This document shows, piece by piece, positions 16,870 through 25,002 of a DNA stretch of 64,000 nucleotides. The stretch covers positions 26,974 to 90,973 of the forward strand of contig CAWHGS010000021.1 in the NCBI GenBank assembly GCA_963828805.1, read 5' to 3'. Under the pieces are notes generated by a model. The model had not been told where the DNA came from. It saw only the letters and a program-made list of their open reading frames with translations, and searched no databases. The stretch's first letter is position 1; every line of letters starts with the position of its first letter. The DNA comes from an uncultured delta proteobacterium. GTDB lineage: Bacteria > Desulfobacterota > BSN033 > UBA1163. The position numbers and the translations under genes were made by a program.

Positions 16870-18543
16870 GTGAAAAATCCTGAGGTTGACCCGTTTAAAG
16901 AGATGAAGCCGGACAAGGACCATCAAAAGGTCGTTATCGAAAAGATTTGGCCGAGTGTGAAGCGGAAACATCTCTTCCCTGAGATCCCGGTGCCCAGGAT
17001 CGGGGAAGAGGCCGATTTTGCCAAGGGGGGGACAGGGGAAAACGAAGGGGTCGGGCTGGAGATGAAGGAAAAGCAGATGATCCTCAATTCCGCTTTCGTT
17101 TCCAAACTGAAAGGTCAAATTCCAGAGGAACAGGCGATCGAAGCCCTGCTCGATCATGGGATATCCCATTATACGTTCTGCCCGTGGGATTTTCATACCC
17201 ATGTCCAATTGTATGCGGAAGCAAAGAAAGTGGTCAACGACAAAGCCTTGGCAAAAATCATCGCCAACTATTTTATCGATGTGGTGGCGGAGACCTACTG
17301 TGTTAAAAAGAGAACAACCGATATTCCAGATCTGCGCCGGTCCCTTCCAAAAGGCAAAGTGGATCAGGTCATTGCCTCCCTTTACCAGAAGATCTGGGGC
17401 ATAGACCTCGGGATTCCTGTTGCATCCAAGGGGAGTGGTCGACAGGAAGAGACCGTTCGGCGGCTGGCCCGGATTCCTTATCTGGATCGACCGAGGTGGC
17501 GTGATAGCATTCAAAAATTTGCCAGGTCGATGAAGCCCCTTTTGATGGAGGAACAGAGAGAACAGGAAGCTCAGGACGGAAAGGGACAACCCAACCCCAT
17601 GGGGGATCATGATTTCAACCACTATTCGCTCGATGAGATCGACCAGGGGCTGCGTGATTACGCCCAAGAGACCATGAAGGTGGCTGACTTTCGAGAAGTG
17701 GTCGATGATTTTTCGGAGGATCTCAAGGAGGCCGGCTACGGAATGGAAAGAGGGATGGGCCGGGGTCAGGGAAATCCCCTGGATGCCGATATCCTCTTCT
17801 ACATGAAATTGGCTGAAAATTATGCGGTTCCCCTCCGAAAAACCCCGATGGAGCAGAAGGGAACCTTACACCCTCATTCCCATTCTCCTTGGGAAGTAGG
17901 ATCGCCTTTTCAGGATATTGATGTGTGGACCAGCTTCGGAAAAATAATGCCCGGTGTGACTCAAATCTGGAAAAGGCGTGAAGGAAAAGGAAGAGGGAAG
18001 GTTGAAGGAGTTCCCGATTGTCTGATTGCCATCGATTCCTCGGGCAGCATGATCAACCCCCGGAAAAATATGTCCTATGCGGTGCTGGGAGCAGCCTGTG
18101 CAACCGATGCCTATCTGCGGAATCAATCAAAGGTTGCTGTTTACAATTTCAGTGATGCTCCTATGGGGGGAAAAGATGTCCTCGGGTATACCTGCAGGCG
18201 AGAGGAGATCTACCGTACCCTGTGCAAGTACTTTGGTGGAGGGACAGCCCTGGATCTTGATGATCTCTTGCCGCTCATCCGAGGAAAGAAGAGTCTCGAT
18301 CTTTTTGTCATTACAGATATGAAGATCACAAATCTCGAGACCTTGATCGGATACTTCGAAAAGATTGAAAACCGGATCACGGCCGTCCATATCGGCGAGA
18401 ATCCCTATGCGGCAAGATTCGAGAAGGCGGTGGGGAATCGAAAAAATATCAGTGTCTTTACGGTCAGGAAGAAAGAGGATATCCCGCATATCGTACTGGG
18501 AAAAATCCGCGACTATTTCAGCGCTTCCGCGGAAAAGCTCTAA
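16870..18543 (+). CDS. vWA-domain protein with N-terminal metallopeptidase-like (DUF2201_N-like) region lacking the catalytic Glu
   Basis: MIDAS CLIAIDSSGSM (D389/S391/S393, 18034-18048), GGGT459 and ITD483. N-terminal ALLDHGISHYTF has HExxH spacing with Gly in place of Glu. GTG start. Confidence 0.75.
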   Translation: MKNPEVDPFKEMKPDKDHQKVVIEKIWPSVKRKHLFPEIPVPRIGEEADFAKGGTGENEGVGLEMKEKQMILNSAFVSKLKGQIPEEQAIEALLDHGISHYTFCPWDFHTHVQLYAEAKKVVNDKALAKIIANYFIDVVAETYCVKKRTTDIPDLRRSLPKGKVDQVIASLYQKIWGIDLGIPVASKGSGRQEETVRRLARIPYLDRPRWRDSIQKFARSMKPLLMEEQREQEAQDGKGQPNPMGDHDFNHYSLDEIDQGLRDYAQETMKVADFREVVDDFSEDLKEAGYGMERGMGRGQGNPLDADILFYMKLAENYAVPLRKTPMEQKGTLHPHSHSPWEVGSPFQDIDVWTSFGKIMPGVTQIWKRREGKGRGKVEGVPDCLIAIDSSGSMINPRKNMSYAVLGAACATDAYLRNQSKVAVYNFSDAPMGGKDVLGYTCRREEIYRTLCKYFGGGTALDLDDLLPLIRGKKSLDLFVITDMKITNLETLIGYFEKIENRITAVHIGENPYAARFEKAVGNRKNISVFTVRKKEDIPHIVLGKIRDYFSASAEKL

Positions 18544-18660
18544 ATTTTTCGAATCGCATTTACGATCCGGAGAGAATGTGTTAGAAGAATCTCACTCTCC
18601 CTTGATTCAAATGTGAATGAGGGAAAGAATGAAACCCTTTTCAGCCACGAGGACGATTGA

Positions 18661-19320
18661 ATGAACGAGCAAATATTGGAAGCACGGCATACCCATCAAG
18701 AGATTGTGCGAAAGTACAATATGATTGCATCTGTCTATGACCTGTTTGCCATATTGATGGTGTCGAAAGCACAGCAACGGGCGCTGGAAATGGCAGCCAT
18801 CCGAAATGGTGAGAGAGTTCTGGAGGTGGCCTTTGGCACAGGCCTCAATTTCATTGAGATCCTCAAGCGGAATCCGAAAGGATGGGTGGAGGGCATTGAC
18901 GTTTCAACGAAGATGCTTGAAAGGACCAGGAAAAGGATATCGAAAGTGGGAAACAAAAACTACGTCCTTCGTCTTGGGGATTGTCGACGGCTGCCCTTTG
19001 AAGATGAGACCTTCGATGTGCTGATGAACCAGTATCTTCTTGACATCCTGCCGGTTGAGGATTTTGTTCCCCTTCTCTCTGAGTTTAAACGCGTGTTGAA
19101 ACCCGGAGGGAGGATCGTGCTTGTTCACATGACGAAGAGTGAAAAATGGGTCAATCAGATCTATGAAGGCATTTATAGATTAAAACCTCCCCTATTGGCA
19201 GGGTGCAGAGGGGTAAGGGCGCAGCCCTTTCTTGAGGAGACCGGCTTCAAGGGTTTTCAAAGGCAATTTGTTTCTCAGTTTGGGTTTCCTTCTGAGGTGA
19301 TTAGAGGGGTCAAGAAATAG
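18661..19320 (+). CDS. Class I SAM-dependent methyltransferase (UbiE/COQ5-like)
   Basis: Motif I VLEVAFGTGLNF, post-I IDVSTKML, motif II FDVLMNQYLL and KPGGRIVLV. Confidence 0.8.
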   Translation: MNEQILEARHTHQEIVRKYNMIASVYDLFAILMVSKAQQRALEMAAIRNGERVLEVAFGTGLNFIEILKRNPKGWVEGIDVSTKMLERTRKRISKVGNKNYVLRLGDCRRLPFEDETFDVLMNQYLLDILPVEDFVPLLSEFKRVLKPGGRIVLVHMTKSEKWVNQIYEGIYRLKPPLLAGCRGVRAQPFLEETGFKGFQRQFVSQFGFPSEVIRGVKK

Positions 19321-19343
19321 AATTGGTTTAGGACAAGGCAGTT

Positions 19344-19866
19344 ATGATTCGCATCACTCTGATTCTATTAATTATTTTATGCGGTTCTCCCTCGTTCGCT
19401 CAAATTTATAAATGGGTGGATGAGCATGGGGGAGTCCATTATGCAGATGATGTTACCAGCATTCCTGAAAAGTACCAGCGCAACATGATAAAGGTTGACG
19501 GAGTGGATCTGGGGCCGGGTAGAGGCGCGAATGAGAGCCCGCCGAGGAATAGGGAAGACAATTATAAGGATCGGTTAGGCAGGGGGGAAGACTACTGGAG
19601 GGGGCGGGTAGCTGAGTCGAAGGATAGAATGAAATCTTTACAAGAAAAGGCCGAGAATTTGAGATTGAAATATAATGAATTGATCGACAAGATTTAATGA
19701 ATCGAGAAGTTCGGTCGAAAGATCGGGACTCAGAAACGAAAGGGATCAAATCAAACAGGAAATGGACAAGAATAAGGCAGAAATTGAAGAAGTGAAAAAC
19801 ACCATCGAGAAGAAGATCCCAGAGGAAGCAGAATTTTACAAAGCGAAGCCGGAATGGACGAAATAG
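19344..19866 (+). CDS. DUF4124-domain exported coiled-coil protein, one frameshift at the T run 19693-19695
   Basis: Signal peptide plus IYKWVDEHGGVHYADD (DUF4124 signature). After ..NELIDKI the coiled coil continues in the +1 frame (NESRSSVERSGLRNERDQIKQEMDKNKAEIEEVKNTIEKKIPEEAEFYKAKPEWTK*). Confidence 0.6.
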
Positions 19867-20138
19867 CGACAAATTTCATAGAGATTAAAAACAGTATCGA
19901 ATCTCACAGATCTCTTGTAAATGCTTAACCTATTGTAACCTAAAGAGTATTACTAATTCTCGATCTTCCTATAACAGGTTTGCAATAAAGAATGTGACAA
20001 TTTGTAAAAGAAAGAAGAAGAGAAATTAATTGGTATTAATTTTGCAGACGTAAGAATATGAGCAATTCTCCTCCAGAAATGGGCAAGATGCCTGCCTCAA
20101 TACCTCAGGAAACAGGTTAATCTCCAAAATTATTTAAA

Positions 20139-20154
20139 TGGCATCAAAAATGCA
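20139..20154 (+). promoter_or_regulatory. Candidate sigma54 (-24/-12) promoter upstream of the PilZ gene
   Basis: TGGCATCAAAAATGCA has GG and GC with the consensus spacing (TGGCAC-N5-TTGCW). It lies 25 nt upstream of ATG 20179 in an AT-rich intergenic region. Confidence 0.4.
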
Positions 20155-20178
20155 TTTCCATACTCAAAGGTTAAGTCA

Positions 20179-20595
20179 ATGGAAAAGCAGAATGCTGACA
20201 ATCAATACGGTCTTTCGGACCTGACTCCGCAAACCAAGATGGGTGTCCTGGCCATCGAGAAGCGCAGACACCCGAGGTACAGCGTGGAGTTGCCGTTGGA
20301 CTATTCTCGAATTGATGGGAGGGCGACCCTTGGCGGAATCGTGGCAAATGCCAGCGAAGGAGGTCTTCTCGTCTATCTCCCCGAGATCATGCAGATGGGA
20401 GACTTATTGAAAATTGAGATTTTCTTCGCGTCGGGACTGGAGTTGAATTCGGTCAAGGCTATTGCAAAAGTGGTATGGTACGATTTGGCGGCGAAAGAGA
20501 GCTGGGGAGAGCACCGATACGGTCTTCAGTTCCAATCGATCGAAGAAAAGGACTACGAGAGACTGAAAATCCTTTTGAGGGATGTTGGAAAATAA
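20179..20595 (+). CDS. PilZ-domain (c-di-GMP-binding) protein
   Basis: RRHPR (RxxxR) and NASEGG (D/NxSxxG) motifs with the usual spacing. 138 aa. Confidence 0.85.
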   Translation: MEKQNADNQYGLSDLTPQTKMGVLAIEKRRHPRYSVELPLDYSRIDGRATLGGIVANASEGGLLVYLPEIMQMGDLLKIEIFFASGLELNSVKAIAKVVWYDLAAKESWGEHRYGLQFQSIEEKDYERLKILLRDVGK

Positions 20596-20712
20596 TCCGG
20601 GCGTTTTGGTTAGGGCCGGGCGGTTACGGGAACCTCTTGAGAGGAAGAACGTTACCGAATGACGATACGGGCATCGTTGCCGTGACTGTTAGACGAGACA
20701 TTTATTTTTCCA
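20593..20712 (-). repeat. Dispersed repeat, copy B (inverted relative to 7313-7475)
   Basis: The reverse complement reads ..ggcaacgatgcccgtatcgtcattcggtaacgttcttcctctcaagaggttcccgtaaccgcccggccctaaccaaaacgcccgga. It is near-identical to copy A over the core blocks. Confidence 0.8.
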
Positions 20713-21025
20713 GGTAAAAGCATACTGTCAGGAGTGTTTTCCCCTACCCCAGAGCCCATAAAAAGTGGCTGCCCCGCTTCCTAAAGAGATACAGAACTTT
20801 TCTGTTGAGAATATCCCAGCAACCCCTCGATTATTCCCTTGACATGTCGGAGATAAAAAAATATCTTGAATTATTCTTAAAATTTGTTTAAGAATAGGTT
20901 GTGTCAGAGAAAATCTCAAATTGTTTTTCGGAAAGGTGATCAGGGGGAAGGAGACAAACCCAAATTTGATTAGAAGCAGACCTTCGACAAACGTTATTTA
21001 CCATGAGAAGAGTCGGGTTATTCTC

Positions 21026-22123
21026 ATGGGGATCGGAAACAATACCGTTGAAGAAAAAGAATCTTTCTGTGTTGAGCTTTCTGCAAAATACAGCATCCAA
21101 CGATCCCTTTTGAGAAAGATTGTCGATCAATGCCCCATCGTCATCAAGAAGAATGTTACCCTTCATAAGGCTGAGTCTCTGGCCAGGCTTCTGAAATCGT
21201 TCGGGGCCCAGGTTGCTGTGGAAGTTAAAAGAGACAGCCCACCCATCACTCTTGAATTCCAAAAATCGGACCTCCACCTTCTGAGCCTTGAATCAACCTC
21301 TCTCAGAAAGAACCGCGGGGGAGGCTGGAACGTCATCGGAAGGGCGAAAAACATCTCTTCGGAAACGTTAAACGACGTTTGGGTGCTTATCCAGCTCTTT
21401 GGAGATTTTGACGAACTCCTTACTTTTGAGGAGGTTCCTCTGGCCCTTAATCCTTTTCCTCAATCAGAGACCGCCCCGTTTAAGGCCATATTCGAAGGAG
21501 ATCTTTCCGTCCAGAAGCTCTCAATCACTTTTAAGAATGCGTCGGGAATGCCACTGGCGGCTTTGGACAGCAGAACCAAACCCGAATGGATCAAAGTTGA
21601 TTTCGATGAGGGAGATGAAGCGGTCATGTCAATCGTGCTGACGAGACCTTCTCGACCGATTCCGTTAGATCCGCACAGAGGCGAAGCAAAACCGGACAGC
21701 TCCTCAGGCTCTCTCTCAGAGGATGTTGAAGCACCAGGGGCCGAATGGGTTCCGGTTCATTCTGAGATCGTGGAAGAAGCGGTTTCCATCCCACCGGTGA
21801 AACACCTTGAGGAATCGGTGTTGGACACGGTTTCTCAAATGGGAGAGGGGGGTAGGACAGAAGCAGATGAAAATTGGAAGGGCCTTCTCGAAAACAAAAG
21901 GGAGGAACTCCCCGAAGGACCGATCGAGGCAAGAACAACCCCGGTTGAGGAACACCAACGAGTAGATTCTATCTCCTTGCCGTCTCCTTCCCTTCCTTTT
22001 CCTGAAAAAATTGAAGAAAAGATGGAAGAAATAGAGTTGGTTAGAGCCTCGGAAATAAATCGTGATCAGGAAGACCAGCCCGGACTCCTTGAGGGCTCCT
22101 TTACTCGATGCTTCTGCTTTTGA
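21026..22123 (+). CDS. Hypothetical protein with structured N-terminal domains and a long acidic low-complexity tail
   Basis: Longest consistent frame (ORF 20921..22123; first ATG with plausible context is 21026). The region ..NVTLHKAESLARLLKSFGAQVAVEV resembles L7/L12-C-like modules. The rest is unrecognised. It may be fused to the next ORF if a frameshift is present. Confidence 0.45.
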   Translation: MGIGNNTVEEKESFCVELSAKYSIQRSLLRKIVDQCPIVIKKNVTLHKAESLARLLKSFGAQVAVEVKRDSPPITLEFQKSDLHLLSLESTSLRKNRGGGWNVIGRAKNISSETLNDVWVLIQLFGDFDELLTFEEVPLALNPFPQSETAPFKAIFEGDLSVQKLSITFKNASGMPLAALDSRTKPEWIKVDFDEGDEAVMSIVLTRPSRPIPLDPHRGEAKPDSSSGSLSEDVEAPGAEWVPVHSEIVEEAVSIPPVKHLEESVLDTVSQMGEGGRTEADENWKGLLENKREELPEGPIEARTTPVEEHQRVDSISLPSPSLPFPEKIEEKMEEIELVRASEINRDQEDQPGLLEGSFTRCFCF

Positions 22124-22975
22124 AGAGGCAAGTCGGCTCATCCAGGAAATATCCGAAAAGAATGAGGAAAAAGAGAGGGAACCGGTTCCCTTTCCGTGGA
22201 TCGAGGAATTCAGGAAATCGATTGAGAGCTATTTCCAAGAACACCCCGATCCTTTTTCGCGCTGGTTTCAGAGTCAGCAGGAGAGAAGCGAATTTAAGGA
22301 TGGTTTCCACTCCCTCATCACCATACTGATCCATGCCCGGTTCGATCAGGCGGACGAAGCGCTGAAGGCGCTCGAAAATACGCAGCGCGTATTTGCACTT
22401 GCCTTGAATCCAAACACGGCTCCGAATGCAATTCCAGCCCTTGAAGGAACGGGCTTTTTCACAGGTGAACAATGGCGCGATCTCTTTGGTCGGGCGTTGC
22501 CGAAACTCCAGCAGGTCTGTCATGGCATTCTGGAAAGAAGAAAGTGGGAGGCCTCTGAGATTCAGAGATTGATTCAAGTCATTCCCCATATGAGCGATAA
22601 ATCAAGCCGGAAATCGGTTCGATGGATCTCGGATCTCACTCCGGCGGTCGTGGAGATCGATTTTGAAACCCTGCCTGTCTCCATCCACGAAAACGTTTAC
22701 CGGGTTGCTTGTCGGTTGGGAGTGGTTGATCCCCATTTCGATTTCTATCAGGGCAGGAACTCCATGGGGGATCGAAAAATTCAAGCCTTTGCGTTGAGCG
22801 CTTTTCCTAAGAATCCGTCAAGGATTGAGGATCCAATGACCTGGATTGGAGGGACAGAAGAGGGTGGGCATTGTTTCCCTCTGAACCCCAGTGTCTGGGG
22901 TGTCTGTTCGAGGCTTTTTGTCAGAAATTCTTTCTCCATTTTGATCCTTCGGAGAAGGGGATGAGCCACCGTTAA
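22062..22975 (+). CDS. Divergent endonuclease III-like (HhH + Fe-S cluster loop) protein, apparent -1 frameshift at the T run ~22874
   Basis: LPVSIHENVYRVACRLGVV parallels EndoIII PVDTHVxRVxxRLG, but Asp is replaced by Ser. After GGHC the -1 frame reads FPSEPQCLGCLFEAFC, which gives exactly C-x6-C-x2-C-x5-C. The corrected stop is at 22973-22975. Confidence 0.45.
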
Positions 22976-22987
22976 TCTGCAGGTGGA

Positions 22988-23836
22988 ATGGAACCCATGC
23001 AGCTTTCGTCAATGAGCAAAGAGAGGCGGCGATTTCCGAGATTACTTCTGGATTTACCCCTTGAATATCGCGTCGTGAACGCACCCTATGCTCATGGGGG
23101 GATCGTCGTTAATGCGAGTGAGGTTGGATTCCTCATCCAATCCATCAAAAACATTCCAATCGGGACAAAACTGATGGCTGCCGTTCTCTTTCCGAGGGGA
23201 TTTGAGTTGAGCAGTTTTGAGGTGCTCGGGGAGATCATCTGGAAAGACCTCCATTGGGAGGAGGATTGGGAGGGATTTAATTATGGATTAAGAATTATCC
23301 AACTGCTCGAAGAAGACCGCGGGAAACTGAAACAGATTCTCAGCAGGACACATCCTTCTCAAAGACGTCTCGTATCAGGCCTGAGTTTCTTCGAACACCG
23401 GTCTCCAGTGAACCGTAAACTAAACCCGCTTCAGAGTGAGAGTGAAACCGTGAAAGACGCAACCGAAGAAAAAGTGCATTATGGCATTGTCAATTTCGAG
23501 AGGAGAAGATTTCCCAGATTTACGATCGATTTACCCGTCGAATATCAGCATGAGCATTCGGATACGCATTATTCAGCAAGAGCTCTGAATGCAAGCGAAG
23601 GAGGACTTCTAATTTATTTTCCAGAAAAAGTGGAGATCGGTGATGTCCTGAAATTAAAACTCTTTTTTACGCTCGGCCATGACTTGAATACGGTAGAAAT
23701 GACCGTTGAAGTAGCCTGGATCGACATCCATCTCGGAGAGGGATGGGGAGATTACCGATCGGGGGTTAAATTCGTGGATATCTCCTCAGAAAACCTTCTT
23801 AACTTAAAAGGGTTTTTAAAAAACCTCTCAGAATAG
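22988..23836 (+). CDS. Tandem PilZ-domain protein (two c-di-GMP-binding modules)
   Basis: Domain 1 has RRFPR ... NASEVG and domain 2 has RRFPR ... NASEGG. The two halves are clearly paralogous to each other and to 20179..20595. Confidence 0.85.
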   Translation: MEPMQLSSMSKERRRFPRLLLDLPLEYRVVNAPYAHGGIVVNASEVGFLIQSIKNIPIGTKLMAAVLFPRGFELSSFEVLGEIIWKDLHWEEDWEGFNYGLRIIQLLEEDRGKLKQILSRTHPSQRRLVSGLSFFEHRSPVNRKLNPLQSESETVKDATEEKVHYGIVNFERRRFPRFTIDLPVEYQHEHSDTHYSARALNASEGGLLIYFPEKVEIGDVLKLKLFFTLGHDLNTVEMTVEVAWIDIHLGEGWGDYRSGVKFVDISSENLLNLKGFLKNLSE

Positions 23837-23889
23837 AACGCAGGCCTGTCCAAACCCTCGTCAGACCCATCAGCCACCCATTTAGTCTC

Positions 23890-24183
23890 TTACTTAAAGT
23901 CTAGACTTTCATCGGGAAAGGGACGAGAAAAAGAGAAACGAAAAGGATCGCTGATGAGCATTTTTGCGGCTTTGTCGGTGCTCTTCGTTGGGATCGTAAA
24001 GGGGAGGGAAACGATGAATAAGCCTGTCCCCACGATTCCAGCGGCGACTCCCAATGGCCTTGCCATGAACAGATCCGCCAAGGGCAAATCGTCACCGGTG
24101 TTTTTCGTCTGGGCCCATCCTTCCAGAGAAAAAGCTAGAGTGACCACGACGAATACAAGTAAAACAGCCAGTAGTTTCTTCAT
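23890..24183 (-). CDS. Small exported/membrane protein
   Basis: GGAGG RBS 8 nt before ATG 24183 (MKKLLAVLLVFVVVTLAFSLEGWA signal peptide), plus a second hydrophobic segment. No family recognised. Confidence 0.5.
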   Translation of the reverse strand: MKKLLAVLLVFVVVTLAFSLEGWAQTKNTGDDLPLADLFMARPLGVAAGIVGTGLFIVSLPFTIPTKSTDKAAKMLISDPFRFSFSRPFPDESLDFK

Positions 24184-24278
24184 TCTTTTTGCCTCCATTC
24201 GTCATTTAAGTATACGTTATCATGGATACTTTGAATTGTCAATTTTTTCTTTAGCGGGGATACAACAATAAATTTGAA

Positions 24279-24404
24279 TTAATGCTTCGAAAATTTGACT
24301 ACCCAGAGTGTGACCCCCCGACTGATCAACAGCTTCAGTAAATTGAACCGAATCCTCATCAGTTGAAGATAAAACGTCAGCTCTCTCCTTGAGAAATTTC
24401 GCAT
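24279..24404 (-). CDS. Candidate 41-aa small ORF downstream of a sigma54-like promoter
   Basis: AGGAGA RBS 5 nt before ATG 24404. The product is MRNFSRRELTFYLQLMRIRFNLLKLLISRGVTLWVVKFSKH. It contains a G6 run (error-prone), so the true length is uncertain. No homology recognised. Confidence 0.25.
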   Translation of the reverse strand: MRNFSRRELTFYLQLMRIRFNLLKLLISRGVTLWVVKFSKH

Positions 24405-24455
24405 TTTCTCTCCTGTCAGTGTTTCAGCTCGGAAAATATCCTTGAGTTTATTGTA

Positions 24456-24471
24456 AGCAATTTTGTTGCCA
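24456..24471 (-). promoter_or_regulatory. Candidate sigma54 (-24/-12) promoter
   Basis: The minus strand reads TGGCAACAAAATTGCT (TGGCA-N7-TTGCT, consensus spacing). It lies ~50 nt upstream of the sORF ATG 24404 and in the same orientation as 23890..24183. Confidence 0.4.
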
Positions 24472-24929
24472 TTTTTACAGTATGTGGATTAAAGAATATA
24501 ACCATTTGAAATAATAAGCTAATACATTATTTTAATAAGAAAATTGCACTTCTATCTGACTTTTTAGTGACATGTATTGTTACCGAAATGCAAAAATGTA
24601 CAATGGGAGCGCAACGGCACTTCTGCCTTTCCGCCCAGCCCGTACCTATGCGGCTCGAAGCGCGCAACGGCAGAAATGAAGGGCATCATGGTTTTCCTCG
24701 CCTCACTCTTGCCTTTCCCTGCAATCGGAGAACCTTCATGGCCCAGCTTATGAACGTCAAGCAGCCACTCCCGAACCCTTACCCTGAACTTGAAAAATTC
24801 ATTGCCAGGTTACCGATAAAGCCCAAACAAAGGCCGTGGGAAGCGCCAAAAAGCGGTTTGTCCAGCCGGTTCGGCTTGCTTCCGGTGATCTGAATATGAA
24901 AACCGGGGAGGGCAAGGGACTCATGAGCC

Positions 24930-24958
24930 TTGACAATTGAACAAAAAATCGATATATA
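24930..24958 (+). promoter_or_regulatory. Sigma70 promoter for the HNH endonuclease gene
   Basis: TTGACA (24930-24935), 17-nt spacer, TATATA (24953-24958). It lies 45 nt upstream of ATG 25003. Confidence 0.6.
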
Positions 24959-25002
24959 ACCTTCGAATTCAAGAAGATAATTCCCATCTCAAATTGAACG
25001 CC

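Noticed and set aside
20728-21277. Minus-strand ORFs 20728..20919 and 20888..21277
   Set aside because: They overlap the start region of the longer, better-supported + strand gene and a TTGACA-17-TATCTT promoter-like site. They have no RBS or domain signal.
24567-24893. 108-aa + strand ORF in the long spacer
   Set aside because: It has no RBS and no recognisable domain. Its composition is like the surrounding non-coding DNA, and it is overlapped by equally long start-less frames on the other strand.
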